Shown: in pieces, positions 11,459 to 22,314 of the stretch
Layout of the letters: every line of letters starts with the position of its first letter
Numbering within the stretch: the first letter of the stretch is position 1
Source of the DNA: an uncultured Solibacteraceae bacterium
Lineage (GTDB): Bacteria; Acidobacteriota; Terriglobia; Bryobacterales; Bryobacteraceae
Assembly: GCA_963836405.1 (NCBI GenBank)
Contig: CAWIJL010000019.1
Location: forward strand, 121,379-161,378
DNA length: 40,000 nucleotides
Direction of reading: 5' to 3'
Position numbers and translations under genes: made by a program
The notes under the pieces: model-generated
Databases searched by the model: none
Told to the model about the DNA's origin: nothing
The model's input: only the letters and a program-made list of their open reading frames with translations

Positions 11459-12619
11459 ATGCTTCGGTACCTTCCTCTGATCCTCAAGAACTGCTGGCGC
11501 AACCGGCGCCGCACGATTCTGACGGTAGTGAGCGTCGGTGTCTCGATGTGCCTGCTGGGCGTGATGATCGCCGTCTATCACGGCTTGTACCTGAGCGACC
11601 CCACGCCCGAATCGGCCTTGAGGCTGGTAACCCGTAACAAAGTTTCGCTGACCGTGCCGCTGCCCGAATCCTATGCCTCGCGCATCCGGCAAGTGGCCGG
11701 GGTGCGGGAAATCATGAACTCGAGCTGGTTCAACGGCCAGTACAAGGACGAGCGCGACTCGCGAAATTTCTTCGCGCGATACGTCGTCGATCCGGAAAAG
11801 ATGTTTTCGATGTATCCGGAGTACAAGATATCCGAAGAGGAGAAGAAGGCGTTCATCCGCGACCGCACGGGCTGCGTGATCGGCGGCGACCTTGCCAGGA
11901 AGTTCGGCTTCAAGATCGGCGACCGCATCACGCTGGTGGGCGATATCTATCCGGGCAGCTACGACTTCACCGTGCGCGGTATTTTCGAGAGCCCGCGCAA
12001 CAGCGAGGAGCTGTACTTCAGCCGCGAATACCTGGAGCAGTCGCTGCCGTCCGGGCGGCGCGGCCAAGTGGGCACCTTCGCCATCCTCATCGATAAGCCG
12101 GAGTCGGCGGCGCGAATCAGCCGGCAGGTGGACGACCTGTTCCGCAATTCCACGGCGCAGACGAAAACCGAAACCGAACAGGCCTACATCGTCGGATTCG
12201 TTTCCTTCCTCGGCAACGTCAAAGTATTCCTGATCGGAATCTCGGCGGCGGTGATGTTTACCATCCTGCTGGTTTCCGCGAATACCATGGCCATGTCGGT
12301 GCGCGAGCGGGTGCGCGAAGTGGGCGTGCTCAAGACGCTCGGCTTCACGCCGGGCGCGGTGCTCGGCATGATTCTGGGCGAAGCCTGCGCGCTGGCGGTA
12401 GCGGGCGGGCTGATCGGCTACTTCATCTCCACCATCATGACGGCGGGGCTCAGCAAGAGCCCGGCGGGAATGTTCCTGCCGGCGGTGGCGCCGTACGATC
12501 CGGCAGTGGCCGGCATCTGCCTGGGCGCGGCGGCCATCGTAGGGCTCATCAGTTCGCTGGTTCCGGCGCTGGCCGCCTCGCGGACTCCGATTGTCGAAGC
12601 ACTACGGAGCACAGACTAA
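11459..12619 (+). CDS. ABC transporter permease, FtsX/MacB-type (permease 1)
   Basis: N-terminal TM helix, large periplasmic domain, then a C-terminal FtsX 3-TM bundle (..[36 protein letters not shown]..). Confidence 0.85.
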   Translation: MLRYLPLILKNCWRNRRRTILTVVSVGVSMCLLGVMIAVYHGLYLSDPTPESALRLVTRNKVSLTVPLPESYASRIRQVAGVREIMNSSWFNGQYKDERDSRNFFARYVVDPEKMFSMYPEYKISEEEKKAFIRDRTGCVIGGDLARKFGFKIGDRITLVGDIYPGSYDFTVRGIFESPRNSEELYFSREYLEQSLPSGRRGQVGTFAILIDKPESAARISRQVDDLFRNSTAQTKTETEQAYIVGFVSFLGNVKVFLIGISAAVMFTILLVSANTMAMSVRERVREVGVLKTLGFTPGAVLGMILGEACALAVAGGLIGYFISTIMTAGLSKSPAGMFLPAVAPYDPAVAGICLGAAAIVGLISSLVPALAASRTPIVEALRSTD

Positions 12620-12620
12620 G

Positions 12621-13784
12621 ATGGCCGTCCCACTCGCGTACAATCTCCGCAACCTGGTGGTCCGCAAGACGACCACGATCATGACGGCGCTCGGCATCGC
12701 CCTCACCGTGGCGGTGCTGCTGGCCATCCAGGCGATGGTCAACGGCCTCAACACGACGCTTGAAACAACCGGCGATCCGCTGCAAATCCTGGTGCTGCGC
12801 AAGGGCTCCACCTCGGAGGTGGTCAGCAATTTTTCGCGCAGCGCGTTTCAGGATCTGAAGTTCAAACCGGGCATCGCGAGTGGGCAGAACGGCGAGCCCA
12901 TGGCCTCGCTCGAAGTGGTGACGGTGATCAACCTGCCGAGCCGCGAAAACCCGGACGGGATGAACGTCACGATACGCGGCTTGACGCATCCCGGAATCGA
13001 AATGCGGAAAGGCATCCACATTGCGCAGGGCCGCTGGTTCCAGGAGGGCCGGCGCGAGGTGGTGGTAGGCAATTCCATCGCCGCCCGTTATCCCGGAACC
13101 GCGATCGGCAACAAGATCCGTTTCGGCCGCGGCGAGTGGGAAATCGTAGGTGTGATGGACGCGGGCCGGGGAGCGCAGGCCAGCGAAATCTGGGGCGACC
13201 TCAACCAGATTGCCGCCGACGAACAGCGCCTCGAAGTGCTCAGCGCGGCCCTGGTGCGCGCGGCGGACCCGGTGGGAGTCGGAGCGCTGGTCAACTCCAT
13301 CAACGACGACCAGCGGCTGAACATGGTGGCGGAGCCCGAGGTGGAGTACTACCGGCGGCAGAATGCAAGCGCGGCGCCGATTCAATTCGTGGGCGTGTTC
13401 GTGTCCGTGATCATGGCTATCGGGAGCAGTTTCGCGGCCATGAACACCATGTACGCGGCGGTGGCGCGGCGCGCCCGCGAGATCGGAACGCTGCGCGTGC
13501 TGGGCTTTTCGCGCGGCAGCATCCTGGTCAGCTTCTTCGTCGAATCGGTGGTGCTCTCCGGCCTGGGCGGGCTGCTCGGATGTCTGCTGGTATTGCCGCT
13601 GAACGGCATCACCACCTCGGTGGGCACGGCCAACTTCAGCGAGACGGCGTTCAACTTTCACGTGTCTCCGCAGATCATGCTCGGCGGAGTGCTCTTCGGT
13701 ATCGTGCTGGGAGCGCTGGGCGGTTTGTTCCCGGCGCGCATGGCGTCGCGGAAAGAGATCCTCACGGCGCTGCGGGAAGTCTGA
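12621..13784 (+). CDS. ABC transporter permease, FtsX/MacB-type (permease 2)
   Basis: Same architecture (..[24 protein letters not shown]..). ATG 12621 lies 1 nt after the upstream stop. The 12591 start would overlap the preceding gene. Confidence 0.85.
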   Translation: MAVPLAYNLRNLVVRKTTTIMTALGIALTVAVLLAIQAMVNGLNTTLETTGDPLQILVLRKGSTSEVVSNFSRSAFQDLKFKPGIASGQNGEPMASLEVVTVINLPSRENPDGMNVTIRGLTHPGIEMRKGIHIAQGRWFQEGRREVVVGNSIAARYPGTAIGNKIRFGRGEWEIVGVMDAGRGAQASEIWGDLNQIAADEQRLEVLSAALVRAADPVGVGALVNSINDDQRLNMVAEPEVEYYRRQNASAAPIQFVGVFVSVIMAIGSSFAAMNTMYAAVARRAREIGTLRVLGFSRGSILVSFFVESVVLSGLGGLLGCLLVLPLNGITTSVGTANFSETAFNFHVSPQIMLGGVLFGIVLGALGGLFPARMASRKEILTALREV

Positions 13785-13790
13785 TTCGTT

Positions 13791-15125
13791 ATGGATGCGG
13801 AACTCAAGAACCTGCGGATCGATCGCAATCGCCGGCGAACGGAAGGGTCGCGGTGGGCGAAGGTATGGATCGTCGGCGGCGTGCTTCTTTTTCTGGGCTT
13901 TGGGGCCTGGCGCCTGCTCTCGGGAGTTTTCGATAACGCGCCGGAGGTGGCGGTGCAGCGGGTTTCCGCGGCATCGGCCGGCGACGCGGCGAGCGGCGCG
14001 ATCCTGAATGCCACCGGTTATATCGTGGCCGCGCACAAGATCCAGGTGGCCGCCAAAGTCGTCGGCCGCGTGAAGTGGATCGGCGTGGATAAAGGCGACA
14101 AGGTCCGCGAGGGCCAGGTGATCGTGCGGCTCGAAGACGACGAATACCAGGCGCAGCGGCAGCAGGCCAAGGGTCAGCTCGACAGCCTCCAGGCGCGGCT
14201 CGAGGAGGCCCTGAACGGATCGCGGCCGCAGGAAGTGGCGCAGGCGCAGGCCAATGTGGAGGCGGCGCGCGCCGACCTGGACAATGCCAAAGTCACGCTC
14301 GACCGCACCAAAAATCTGCTTCAGGAGGGCATCACGACGCGCCAGGCGCTGGACGATGCGCAGGCCCGCTACGACTCCGCCGTCTACAAAGTCAACGCGC
14401 TTCAGAAGACGCTGGAACTGGTGAAACTGGGGCCGAGGCGCGAGCAGGTGGACGCCCTGCGCGGGCAGGTGGAACAGATGAAAGGGGCGGTGGCTTACGC
14501 CGAGACGGCGCTGGCCAACACGGTGATTCGCGCTCCGGTGAGCGGGACCATTCTGGAGCGGGCGGTGGAGAAGGGCGAGTTCGTCACCACCGGATTCGTG
14601 GGCGATCGCGGGGCCAAAGGTTACGTGGTTTCGCTGGCGGACCTGAACGATCTTCAGGTGGAGCTCGACATCAGCCAGAACGACTTTGCGAAGCTGCGCT
14701 CGGGACAACGCGGCATCGTCACCACGGATGCATTTCCCGACCGCAAATACGAAGGCGCAATCAACGAGATCTCGCCCGAGGCGAACCGCCAGAAGGCCAC
14801 CGTGCAGGTTAAGGTCCAGGTGACGCACCCGGACGATTTTCTGCGGCCCGAGATGAATGCCAGCGTGGCGTTCTTGTCCGACGAGAAGCCCGGCGCTTCC
14901 GAGGGCGCGGCCGCTCGGCCGCTGGTGGTGGTGCCCACGACCGCGGTGCGGGACGGCGGCGTGTTCGTTTTCCTGGGCGGGAAGGCCGTGCGCCGGCCGG
15001 TGAAAACGGGCCCGACGAGCGCCGCGGGAATTCGCATCGAAGAGGGATTGATTGGCGGAGAGGACCTGATCGTGAACCCGCCCGCCGGCCTGAAGGACGG
15101 CGACAAAGTCCGCCAGAAAGCGTAA
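13791..15125 (+). CDS. Periplasmic adaptor / membrane fusion protein (HlyD/MacA family)
   Basis: N-terminal TM anchor. Coiled-coil hairpin ([40 protein letters not shown]). Beta-barrel region ([20 protein letters not shown]). Confidence 0.85.
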   Translation: MDAELKNLRIDRNRRRTEGSRWAKVWIVGGVLLFLGFGAWRLLSGVFDNAPEVAVQRVSAASAGDAASGAILNATGYIVAAHKIQVAAKVVGRVKWIGVDKGDKVREGQVIVRLEDDEYQAQRQQAKGQLDSLQARLEEALNGSRPQEVAQAQANVEAARADLDNAKVTLDRTKNLLQEGITTRQALDDAQARYDSAVYKVNALQKTLELVKLGPRREQVDALRGQVEQMKGAVAYAETALANTVIRAPVSGTILERAVEKGEFVTTGFVGDRGAKGYVVSLADLNDLQVELDISQNDFAKLRSGQRGIVTTDAFPDRKYEGAINEISPEANRQKATVQVKVQVTHPDDFLRPEMNASVAFLSDEKPGASEGAAARPLVVVPTTAVRDGGVFVFLGGKAVRRPVKTGPTSAAGIRIEEGLIGGEDLIVNPPAGLKDGDKVRQKA

Positions 15126-15127
15126 CC

Positions 15128-15823
15128 ATGCCTGAACCGATCATCGAAACACGACAGCTCACCAAGGAGTTCATTCGCGACGAATTCCACGTGGTCGCCC
15201 TCAAGGAGGTGAGCCTGGAGATTCAGAAGGGCGAGTTTATCGCCTTGATGGGGCCCTCGGGGTCGGGGAAATCGACGCTGCTGCACCTGATCGCGGCCAT
15301 GGACCGGCCGACCGGCGGCGAGATCCGCGTGCTCGGGCACAATCTGCGCGAGTTGAGCGACCGAGGCATCGCGCACTGGCGGAACGAGCATGTGGGATTC
15401 ATCTTCCAGCAGTTCAACCTGATTCCGGTGTTGACGGCGCTCGAAAACGTGGAGCTGCCGCTGAAGCTGACGAACCTCAGGAAGGCGGAACGCCGCGAGC
15501 ACGCCGCCACGGCGCTGAACCTGGTGGGGCTCGGGGACCGCATGAAGCACCTGCCGCGACAACTATCCGGCGGGCAGGAGCAGAGGGTGGCGATTGCCCG
15601 GGCGATCGTCACGGACCCCGACCTGCTGCTGGCCGACGAGCCGACCGGGAACCTCGATGCCGCCTCCGCGCAGGAGGTGCTGACCATCATGGGCAAGCTG
15701 AACCGCGACTTCGGCAAGACTATCGTGATGGTGACGCACGACCCGCACGCCGCCGGCTTCGCGAGCCGGGTGCAGCATCTCGAGAAGGGTGAACTGGTAG
15801 CCGAAGCGGGGATCGCGGGCTGA
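15128..15823 (+). CDS. ABC transporter ATP-binding protein (MacB/LolD-like)
   Basis: Walker [10 protein letters not shown], signature [14 protein letters not shown], Walker [14 protein letters not shown]-loop VMVTHD. Confidence 0.9.
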   Translation: MPEPIIETRQLTKEFIRDEFHVVALKEVSLEIQKGEFIALMGPSGSGKSTLLHLIAAMDRPTGGEIRVLGHNLRELSDRGIAHWRNEHVGFIFQQFNLIPVLTALENVELPLKLTNLRKAERREHAATALNLVGLGDRMKHLPRQLSGGQEQRVAIARAIVTDPDLLLADEPTGNLDAASAQEVLTIMGKLNRDFGKTIVMVTHDPHAAGFASRVQHLEKGELVAEAGIAG

Positions 15824-15869
15824 GACTCGGGTGTAGCCGGCAGCGCGCATTGTTTTATAATCGGGCCTA

Positions 15870-16619
15870 ATGAGAGTTTTTGCTATTCTTCTGCTTGCTG
15901 GTGCCGCGGCCCTCGCCCAAACACCCGCCAAATCCGCAGCCAAGACGCCTGCCAAAAGCGCCGCCAAACCGGCCGTCAAGAAAGCGGCGGCTGCTCCGCG
16001 TACCGCTTCGTTGATGAACCCCGCCGCCCTGCGTGCCAAGGCGCCGGAACTGTATAAAGTCCGGCTGAACACGACCAAAGGCGACGTCGAGATTGAAGTG
16101 CACCGTGCCTGGGCTCCGCTCGGCGCGGACCGTTTTTATAACCTGGCGAAGAACGGCTACTTCAGCAATGCCGCGTTTTTCCGCGTGATGCCGAATTTCA
16201 TCGTGCAGTTCGGAATGGCCGCGAATCCGGCCATAGGCAAAGTCTGGCAGGATGCCCACATCAAAGACGACCCTCGCACGCAGAGCAACAAGCGGGGATA
16301 CGTAGTGTTTGCGACGGCGGGACCGAACACCCGCAGCAACCAGCTTTTCATCAATCTCGCGGACAACGCATTTCTCGACTCCCAGGGATTCTCGCCGTTC
16401 GGAGTGGTAACCGAGGGCATGGCCGTGGTGGACCAGATCTATTCCGGCTACGGCGATACTCCCGACCAGGGACAGATCCTGGCGCAGGGCAAGGCGTACC
16501 TGGATAAGAATTTCCCCAAGCTGGACTACATCAAATCGGCCACGGTGCTGCCGGCGGAGGGCGCCGCCCCGGCTGCGCCGGCGACGAAGGCCGCTCCCCC
16601 CGCGCCCACCAAGAAGTAG
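15870..16619 (+). CDS. Secreted cyclophilin-type peptidyl-prolyl cis-trans isomerase with Ala/Lys/Pro-rich tails
   Basis: Signal [17 protein letters not shown]. Cyclophilin core [13 protein letters not shown]...[11 protein letters not shown]. Low-complexity [24 protein letters not shown] at the N-terminus and [18 protein letters not shown] at the C-terminus. Confidence 0.9.
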   Translation: MRVFAILLLAGAAALAQTPAKSAAKTPAKSAAKPAVKKAAAAPRTASLMNPAALRAKAPELYKVRLNTTKGDVEIEVHRAWAPLGADRFYNLAKNGYFSNAAFFRVMPNFIVQFGMAANPAIGKVWQDAHIKDDPRTQSNKRGYVVFATAGPNTRSNQLFINLADNAFLDSQGFSPFGVVTEGMAVVDQIYSGYGDTPDQGQILAQGKAYLDKNFPKLDYIKSATVLPAEGAAPAAPATKAAPPAPTKK

Positions 16620-16671
16620 ATCGTCCCTCAGGGGCGGCCCGCCCGCCCCGCTATACTCGTAGCAGCACCCT

Positions 16672-18381
16672 ATGCGCTCCCGTTGTGCCCTTCTCTTGCT
16701 TTGCGCCGGACTTGCCTGGCCGCAATCCGTCCGCGTCACCGTACTCGCCACGACGGATATGCACGGAAACATTTTTCCGGTGGACTATACGACGGACCGT
16801 CCGGCCGCGCGAGGTTTGGCCAAGCTGGCGACGCTGATCCGGCAGGCGCAAGCGGAGAATCCGAACAACCTGTTGATCGATTGCGGGGACACGATTCAGG
16901 GCACTCCGCTCGAATACGTCTATCAGGCCTATGTGCGCACCGGCAAGCCGCCGCTCGACCTGCGCGCGCCCGCCGGGTTCGCGGCTGAGCCGATGATGAC
17001 CGCCATGAACAAGCTCGGCTACGATGCCATGGCGGTGGGGAATCACGAGTACAATTTCGGCCTCAAGAACTTCAATAACGCGCGCTCGACGGCCCGTTTC
17101 CCGTGGCTTTCCGCGAATACCGTGGTTGCTCCGGGGGGCGCGGAGAAGCCTTTTCAGGCGTACATCGTGAAGACCGTGGGCGGCGTGAAAGTAGCGGTGA
17201 TCGGGCTCACCACGCCGGCCGTTCCCACTTGGGAAAAGCCGGAGAATTACGGGTCGTACCGCTTTCTTCCGGCGGTGGAGGCGACGCGGAAGGCGATTGC
17301 GGAGCTGCGAGGAAACGAGAAGCCGGACGCGATCGTAGTGGCCGCCCACTCGGGACTGGGACGCAATCCCGCGACGGGGGCGGTGGAGTCCGGGAGCGAG
17401 AATTTTGTATACGAACTGGCGACCCAGGTGCCGGAGATCGACGCAATTTTTTACGGCCATTCGCACCAGCAGATGGAGGGTCTCGAGATCGGGAAGGTGC
17501 TGGCGGTGCAGCCGAAGAACTGGGCGATTTCGCTGGGGCGGCTGGATTTCGAGATGGAGAAGAAGCCCGGCGGCGGCTGGACGGTTGCGTCGAAGAAGAG
17601 CCGCCTGATTCCGGTGACGGCGGAAACAGCGGCGGCGCCCGACATTGTCGCTATCGGCAAGCCGTATCACGAACTGGCCGAGGCTTACCTCAACACGCCG
17701 GTGGCGACTTCGCCGCGCGACCTGAACGCTTCTCTCGGCCGCGTGGAAGATACGGCGCTGGTGGACGCGGTGCAGCAGGTTCAATTTTTCTACAGCAAGG
17801 CGGACGTGTCCTTCACGGCGCTGTTCAACCCCGCAGTGCGGGTGCCCAAGGGGCAGGTCACGGTGCGGCAGATTGCGGCGCTGTACCCCTACGACAACGA
17901 GTTGTTCCTGATCGAGGGGACTGGCAAGATGGTGAAGGACGCGCTCGAAAACTCGGCCCGTTATTACCTTTCCTGCACGGGCGAGCGCTGCGGGCAGCCG
18001 CCGCTCACCAACCGCTCGGTGGCGGGGTTCAACTACGACATGGCCGAAGGCGTGGACTACGAAATCGACCTGACGCGACCCGAAGGCGACCGCATCCGCA
18101 ATCTACGCTACAAGGGGAAGCCGCTCGGGCCGGACGAAAAACTGCGGATCGCCATCAACAATTACCGGGCCGCGGGCAGCGCGGGTTACTCCATGTTCCT
18201 GGGCGCCAAAGAGCTGTGGCGCTCAGGCGAGGAGATCCGCGATTTGATGGTCCGCTATTACACGGAGCGGAAGACGCTGCCGGCGGAGGCCAGCGGCAAC
18301 TGGCGCGTGCTGCCGGATGCGGCGCGGCTCACGCTGGAACGGGAAGCGCGCTCGCAGGCCGGACGGCCGCAGTTGCAGTAG
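16672..18381 (+). CDS. Bifunctional metallophosphatase/5'-nucleotidase (UshA/CpdB-like), secreted
   Basis: Signal-like N-terminus. Calcineurin-fold motifs ATTDMHGN, GDTIQGTP, GNHEYNFG, HSGL. C-terminal 5'-nucleotidase substrate-binding domain. Confidence 0.85.
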   Translation: MRSRCALLLLCAGLAWPQSVRVTVLATTDMHGNIFPVDYTTDRPAARGLAKLATLIRQAQAENPNNLLIDCGDTIQGTPLEYVYQAYVRTGKPPLDLRAPAGFAAEPMMTAMNKLGYDAMAVGNHEYNFGLKNFNNARSTARFPWLSANTVVAPGGAEKPFQAYIVKTVGGVKVAVIGLTTPAVPTWEKPENYGSYRFLPAVEATRKAIAELRGNEKPDAIVVAAHSGLGRNPATGAVESGSENFVYELATQVPEIDAIFYGHSHQQMEGLEIGKVLAVQPKNWAISLGRLDFEMEKKPGGGWTVASKKSRLIPVTAETAAAPDIVAIGKPYHELAEAYLNTPVATSPRDLNASLGRVEDTALVDAVQQVQFFYSKADVSFTALFNPAVRVPKGQVTVRQIAALYPYDNELFLIEGTGKMVKDALENSARYYLSCTGERCGQPPLTNRSVAGFNYDMAEGVDYEIDLTRPEGDRIRNLRYKGKPLGPDEKLRIAINNYRAAGSAGYSMFLGAKELWRSGEEIRDLMVRYYTERKTLPAEASGNWRVLPDAARLTLEREARSQAGRPQLQ

Positions 18382-18404
18382 GGCGGTCGCGGCTTCGAAT
18401 GGGG

Positions 18405-18740
18405 TCAGGGCTCCTGACACTCGCCGCAGGGGCAGATGCGGCGGAAATGCTCGTAAGAGTAAATTCCGGCGCTGTGACCGTCGCTCCAGTTTATTTTGAT
18501 GGCATAGTTGCCCACCGGCTCGACGGAGAGCATCTTGAGCGCGGGCTTGAACATCTGGAACGGGTTGGCCGATTCGGGCTGGCGCGGCGGGGTGCCGTGC
18601 GCTCCGGTGCAACCGGCGCAGGGGCATTTGTCGCGGAGGTACTCCAGGCCGTAGTCGCTGTGGTGGCCGTCCTTCCAGTCGATTTTGATGCCTTTCGATT
18701 TGGAAATCGCCAGGTGTTCGGGGTCGGTTAAAAAAGACAT
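18405..18740 (-). CDS. DUF971 domain protein (gamma-butyrobetaine hydroxylase-like N-terminal fold)
   Basis: Two W-DGH repeats (IDWKDGHHSDY.., INWSDGHSAGIY), each followed by a Cys pair (CPCAGC, CPCGEC). Confidence 0.75.
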   Translation of the reverse strand: MSFLTDPEHLAISKSKGIKIDWKDGHHSDYGLEYLRDKCPCAGCTGAHGTPPRQPESANPFQMFKPALKMLSVEPVGNYAIKINWSDGHSAGIYSYEHFRRICPCGECQEP

Positions 18741-18742
18741 TG

Positions 18743-20968
18743 TCAGTTATAAAGACGCTCGACGTCGCGCACGCCGGAGATGCGCCGCATGGCGGAGACG
18801 AGCTTTTCGAGCTGCTTCTTGTCCCGCACATCCACGGTCATTTCCACGACGCCGCCGCCCTGGTCCATGTCGGTTTTGGCTTCCAGGCTGCGGATGTTCG
18901 TATTTTCGTTCGAGAGCACGTTGGTGAGCTGGTTCAGCATGCCGGGGCGGTCGTCGGTATGAATGATGATGCGCACCGGGAAGGCGTCTTCGGCGGCGCG
19001 CGCCCACTCGACTTCGATCTTGCGCTCCACATCGTAGAGCAGGCTCTGCACGTTGGGGCAGGCCTTGGAATGGACCGCGACGCCCTTGCCGCGCGTCACG
19101 TATCCGACGATGGCTTCGCCGCGAATGGGGTTGCAGCACTTGGCCCGGTACACCAGCAGGTCGTCCACGCCGCGCACTTTGATGACGCCGTCGCCATCGT
19201 GCGGGCGCCCCGGCATGGTGGCGGGGAGAGTGGTTTCGGGCGCGGGCGCGGGCTCTTCCTTGACCATCCCGGGCGCGGCCTTGCTCAACACCTGGCGGGC
19301 GGAGAACCTGCCGTAGCCGAGGGCGGCGTACAGGTCCTCCATCTTGCTGTACCCGTATTCGGCGGCCACACGCTCGAATTCGGCGCGGCCGATTTTGCCC
19401 AACTGGACACCCAGGCGGCGCGCCTCCTTTTCCAGGTATTTCTGGCCGATCTCGATGGCCTTGACGCGCTCGCTGGCGTTGATGACGTGCTTGATCTTGT
19501 TGCGCGCGCGAGTAGTCTTGACGAAGGCCAGCCAGTCCTTGCTCGGCTCGTGGCCGGGCTGGGTCATGATCTCGACGATGTCGCCGTTGCGCAGCGAGGA
19601 ACGCAGCGGAACGATGCGGCCGTTGACCTTGGCCCCGACGCAGGTGGCGCCGACGTCCGAGTGGATGGCGTAAGCGAAGTCGATGGGGGTGGCTTCCCGC
19701 GGCAGCACGATGACCTTGCCGCGCGGCGTGAAGGTGTAGACCTCTTCCGGGTACAGGTCCACCTTGAGGGTGGACATGAACTCGCTCGGATCCTGCACGT
19801 CGCGCTGCCATTCCACCAGGTGGCGCAGCCAGGCGATGCGCTGGTCGTCGGCGGCCGGTCCGCGGCGGCCTTCCTTGTACTTCCAGTGCGCCGCGATGCC
19901 CTCTTCGGCGATGCGGTGCATCTCTTCGGTCCGGATCTGCACTTCGAAAGTCTGGCCTTGCGGTCCGACCACGGAGGTGTGAAGCGATTGATAGAGGTTC
20001 GGCCGCGGGATGGCGATGAAGTCCTTGATGCGGCCGGGAATGGGCCGCCACTTGTTGTGGATCACGCCCAGCGCGGCGTAGCAGTTCTTCACCGAGTCGG
20101 TGAGGATGCGCAGGGCCATGAGGTCGTAGACCTGGTCCACGGTAATTTTCTGCCGCCGCAGTTTCTGGAACACGGAGTAGGGCCGCTTCACGCGTCCGTC
20201 GATGCGGGCGGGAATGCCCTCGCGCCGGAGCTCGGCTTCCACGGTCTGGCGGATCTGGTTGAGGAACTCCTCGCTGGAGTGGCGGCGCGATTCGATGGCG
20301 GCCAGGATCTCTTCGTAGGCGTCGGGTTCGAGGTGCTGGAAGGCCAGGTCTTCGAGCTCGCCGCGAATCTTGCCCATGCCGAGGCGGTGGGCGATGGGCG
20401 CGTAGATCTCGATGGTTTCGCGGGCGATGCGCTCGCGGCGCTCGGGACTGAGGTAGCCCAGGGTGCGCATGTTGTGCATGCGGTCGGCGAGCTTGACCAT
20501 GATGACGCGGATATCCTCCACCATGGCCAGGAGCATTTTGCGAAAGCTTTCGGCCTGCCGGTCCTCGGCGGAGAAAACGTCCAGCTTACTGAGTTTGGTG
20601 AGGCCGTCCACGCAGCGCGCGACTTCCTCGCCGAATTCCTTGCGGACCTGTTCCACGGTGACGCTGGTGTCTTCCACGACGTCGTGGAGAATGCCGGTCT
20701 GAATGGCCACCAGGTCCATGAGCATGCCAGCCAGGATGTGGGCGACCATGAGCGGATGGGCCATATACGGCTCGCCGGAATCGCGGGCCTGGCCGGCGTG
20801 ATATTGGGCGGCGAAGCGGTATGCCTTTTCGACAGCCCGGAGATCGTCGTTGGGACGGTACTCGCGAATCCTGGCTTCGAGTTCGCGGTACAACTGTTCC
20901 ACCGGATCGACAGGGGACGATGGTAAGGCGGATTCCGACAGGCTGGCGGGTTCGGATGCCACTCTCAC
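18743..20968 (-). CDS. rel: Bifunctional (p)ppGpp synthetase/hydrolase (RelA/SpoT homologue)
   Basis: HD hydrolase motif (HDVVEDT), synthetase domain (KDFIAIPRPNLYQSLHTSV), then TGS and C-terminal ACT regions. GTG start at 20968, or GTG at 20962. Confidence 0.95.
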   Translation of the reverse strand: MRVASEPASLSESALPSSPVDPVEQLYRELEARIREYRPNDDLRAVEKAYRFAAQYHAGQARDSGEPYMAHPLMVAHILAGMLMDLVAIQTGILHDVVEDTSVTVEQVRKEFGEEVARCVDGLTKLSKLDVFSAEDRQAESFRKMLLAMVEDIRVIMVKLADRMHNMRTLGYLSPERRERIARETIEIYAPIAHRLGMGKIRGELEDLAFQHLEPDAYEEILAAIESRRHSSEEFLNQIRQTVEAELRREGIPARIDGRVKRPYSVFQKLRRQKITVDQVYDLMALRILTDSVKNCYAALGVIHNKWRPIPGRIKDFIAIPRPNLYQSLHTSVVGPQGQTFEVQIRTEEMHRIAEEGIAAHWKYKEGRRGPAADDQRIAWLRHLVEWQRDVQDPSEFMSTLKVDLYPEEVYTFTPRGKVIVLPREATPIDFAYAIHSDVGATCVGAKVNGRIVPLRSSLRNGDIVEIMTQPGHEPSKDWLAFVKTTRARNKIKHVINASERVKAIEIGQKYLEKEARRLGVQLGKIGRAEFERVAAEYGYSKMEDLYAALGYGRFSARQVLSKAAPGMVKEEPAPAPETTLPATMPGRPHDGDGVIKVRGVDDLLVYRAKCCNPIRGEAIVGYVTRGKGVAVHSKACPNVQSLLYDVERKIEVEWARAAEDAFPVRIIIHTDDRPGMLNQLTNVLSNENTNIRSLEAKTDMDQGGGVVEMTVDVRDKKQLEKLVSAMRRISGVRDVERLYN

Positions 20969-20996
20969 TCAATTGTAGCAGCGTGAGCTCGGGTGC

Positions 20997-21042
20997 AAAA
21001 GAAAACGCGGGGTAGGCCGGGCGGAAAGCCCGGTGCCCCGCG
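20997..21042 (-). terminator. Rho-independent terminator after the Ton/TPR operon
   Basis: On the minus strand: CGCGGGG...CCCCGCG stem (21036-21042/21006-21012) enclosing an inner CCGGGC/GCCCGG hairpin, followed directly by TTTTCTTTT. It lies 26 nt after the TPR gene stop. Confidence 0.55.
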
Positions 21043-21067
21043 TCCTGTTCCAAGCGAAAACCGTGGA

Positions 21068-21877
21068 CTACTTCTGATCCATGGTGATGCCGCCGCCGCT
21101 CGATGCTTTGCGTTCGGCCTTGATTTTCTTGGTGGCGAGCGCCTTGTCCACCCACTCGTCGGCCTTTTTGATCTCCGCTTCGTACTCGGCCTTGCTGTCC
21201 GCCAGGTCGGCACGTTCGCGGATGAGCAGGTTTTCGTAGGCCATGGCGTCGTCGTATTCCGGATCGATCTGCAGCGCCCTGTCGAGCGAGGCGAGACCGG
21301 AGTCGATGACGGGGCCGTACTGTGCCTTCAACTCTTCGCGTACCTTTTTGTCCTTGATGGGACCGGGATCTTCCTGCTTCATCCCGAGGTTGGCGCGCGC
21401 CGTACCATAGGCCGGATACCACTTCGACCAGGCGATAAATCCGAGGCTGTAGTGAGCTTCCTTGTTGCTCGGATCGACGGCGATCAGCTTTTCATACCAC
21501 TGCTGGGCTTCGTCCCACTTCTTCTGATTGAGGTAAAGGGACGCGATGGAGGCCATGGCGACCTTATCCTTGGGATCCTGATCCAGCACTTTCATGAACT
21601 GGTCGTGGGCCGCCTGCGCCATCTGGTTGTTTTCCGGGGACTCGGCGCCGGGGATGTACTGCTGCATGTAGGCCGTGGCGAGATACAGGCGCGCCGTGGG
21701 GAAATTCGGATCGAGTTCCACGGCTTTCTTGAAGCTCTCGACGGCCTCGGCGTACTGCGCGTTCTTGAACGCCTGCACGCCTTTGTTCAGGCGGTCGCGG
21801 GACTGCAATTTGCTGCAGCCGGTGCTCAACAGGGCCAGCGCCGCCAGACTGAGCACTACAATAAGTTTCCGCATCAC
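21068..21877 (-). CDS. Tetratricopeptide-repeat lipoprotein associated with the Ton system
   Basis: Lipobox MMRKLIVVLSLAALALLSTGC. Repeated TPR-like units (..AEAVESFKKAVELDPNF.., ..WDEAQQWYEKLIAVDPSNKEA..). The start overlaps the exbD stop (ATGA). Confidence 0.75.
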   Translation of the reverse strand: MMRKLIVVLSLAALALLSTGCSKLQSRDRLNKGVQAFKNAQYAEAVESFKKAVELDPNFPTARLYLATAYMQQYIPGAESPENNQMAQAAHDQFMKVLDQDPKDKVAMASIASLYLNQKKWDEAQQWYEKLIAVDPSNKEAHYSLGFIAWSKWYPAYGTARANLGMKQEDPGPIKDKKVREELKAQYGPVIDSGLASLDRALQIDPEYDDAMAYENLLIRERADLADSKAEYEAEIKKADEWVDKALATKKIKAERKASSGGGITMDQK

Positions 21878-22302
21878 TGTCCCGCCTCCACCGCTTTCGT
21901 CATCAGGCCCACCTTATCGATACCGGCCCCGTGGGCGATGTCGATGGCAGTGGCCACGGCCCGGAATTCCAGGTCGGGATCCCCTTTGACGAAGACCACG
22001 CGTTCGGCGCGGGTTTTGAAGATTTCCTGCAACCGGGCGCCCATCGAGGCCTCTTCGATCGGGTCCTGATTGATCGAGTATTTGGGACCTTTGTCCACGA
22101 CGATCACCACCGTTCGGAGGTCCGACTGGTTCGGCGGCTGGTTCGGCGGCGGAGGCTGCGGAACCAGTGCTTCAAGGCCCTTCGGCGTCAGGGGCGTGAT
22201 CACCATGAAAATGATAATCAGCACAAGCAGGACGTCGATCATCGGCGTCATGTTGATGTCGGCTTTCGGACCACTACCGGGCCCGCCTACGGACATTCCC
22301 AT
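21874..22302 (-). CDS. exbD: ExbD/TolR biopolymer transport protein (copy 2)
   Basis: ADINMTPMIDVLLVLIIIFMV TM motif. AAGGAG SD lies upstream. Confidence 0.85.
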   Translation of the reverse strand: MGMSVGGPGSGPKADINMTPMIDVLLVLIIIFMVITPLTPKGLEALVPQPPPPNQPPNQSDLRTVVIVVDKGPKYSINQDPIEEASMGARLQEIFKTRAERVVFVKGDPDLEFRAVATAIDIAHGAGIDKVGLMTKAVEAGQ

Positions 22303-22314
22303 AAAATTGCTCCT

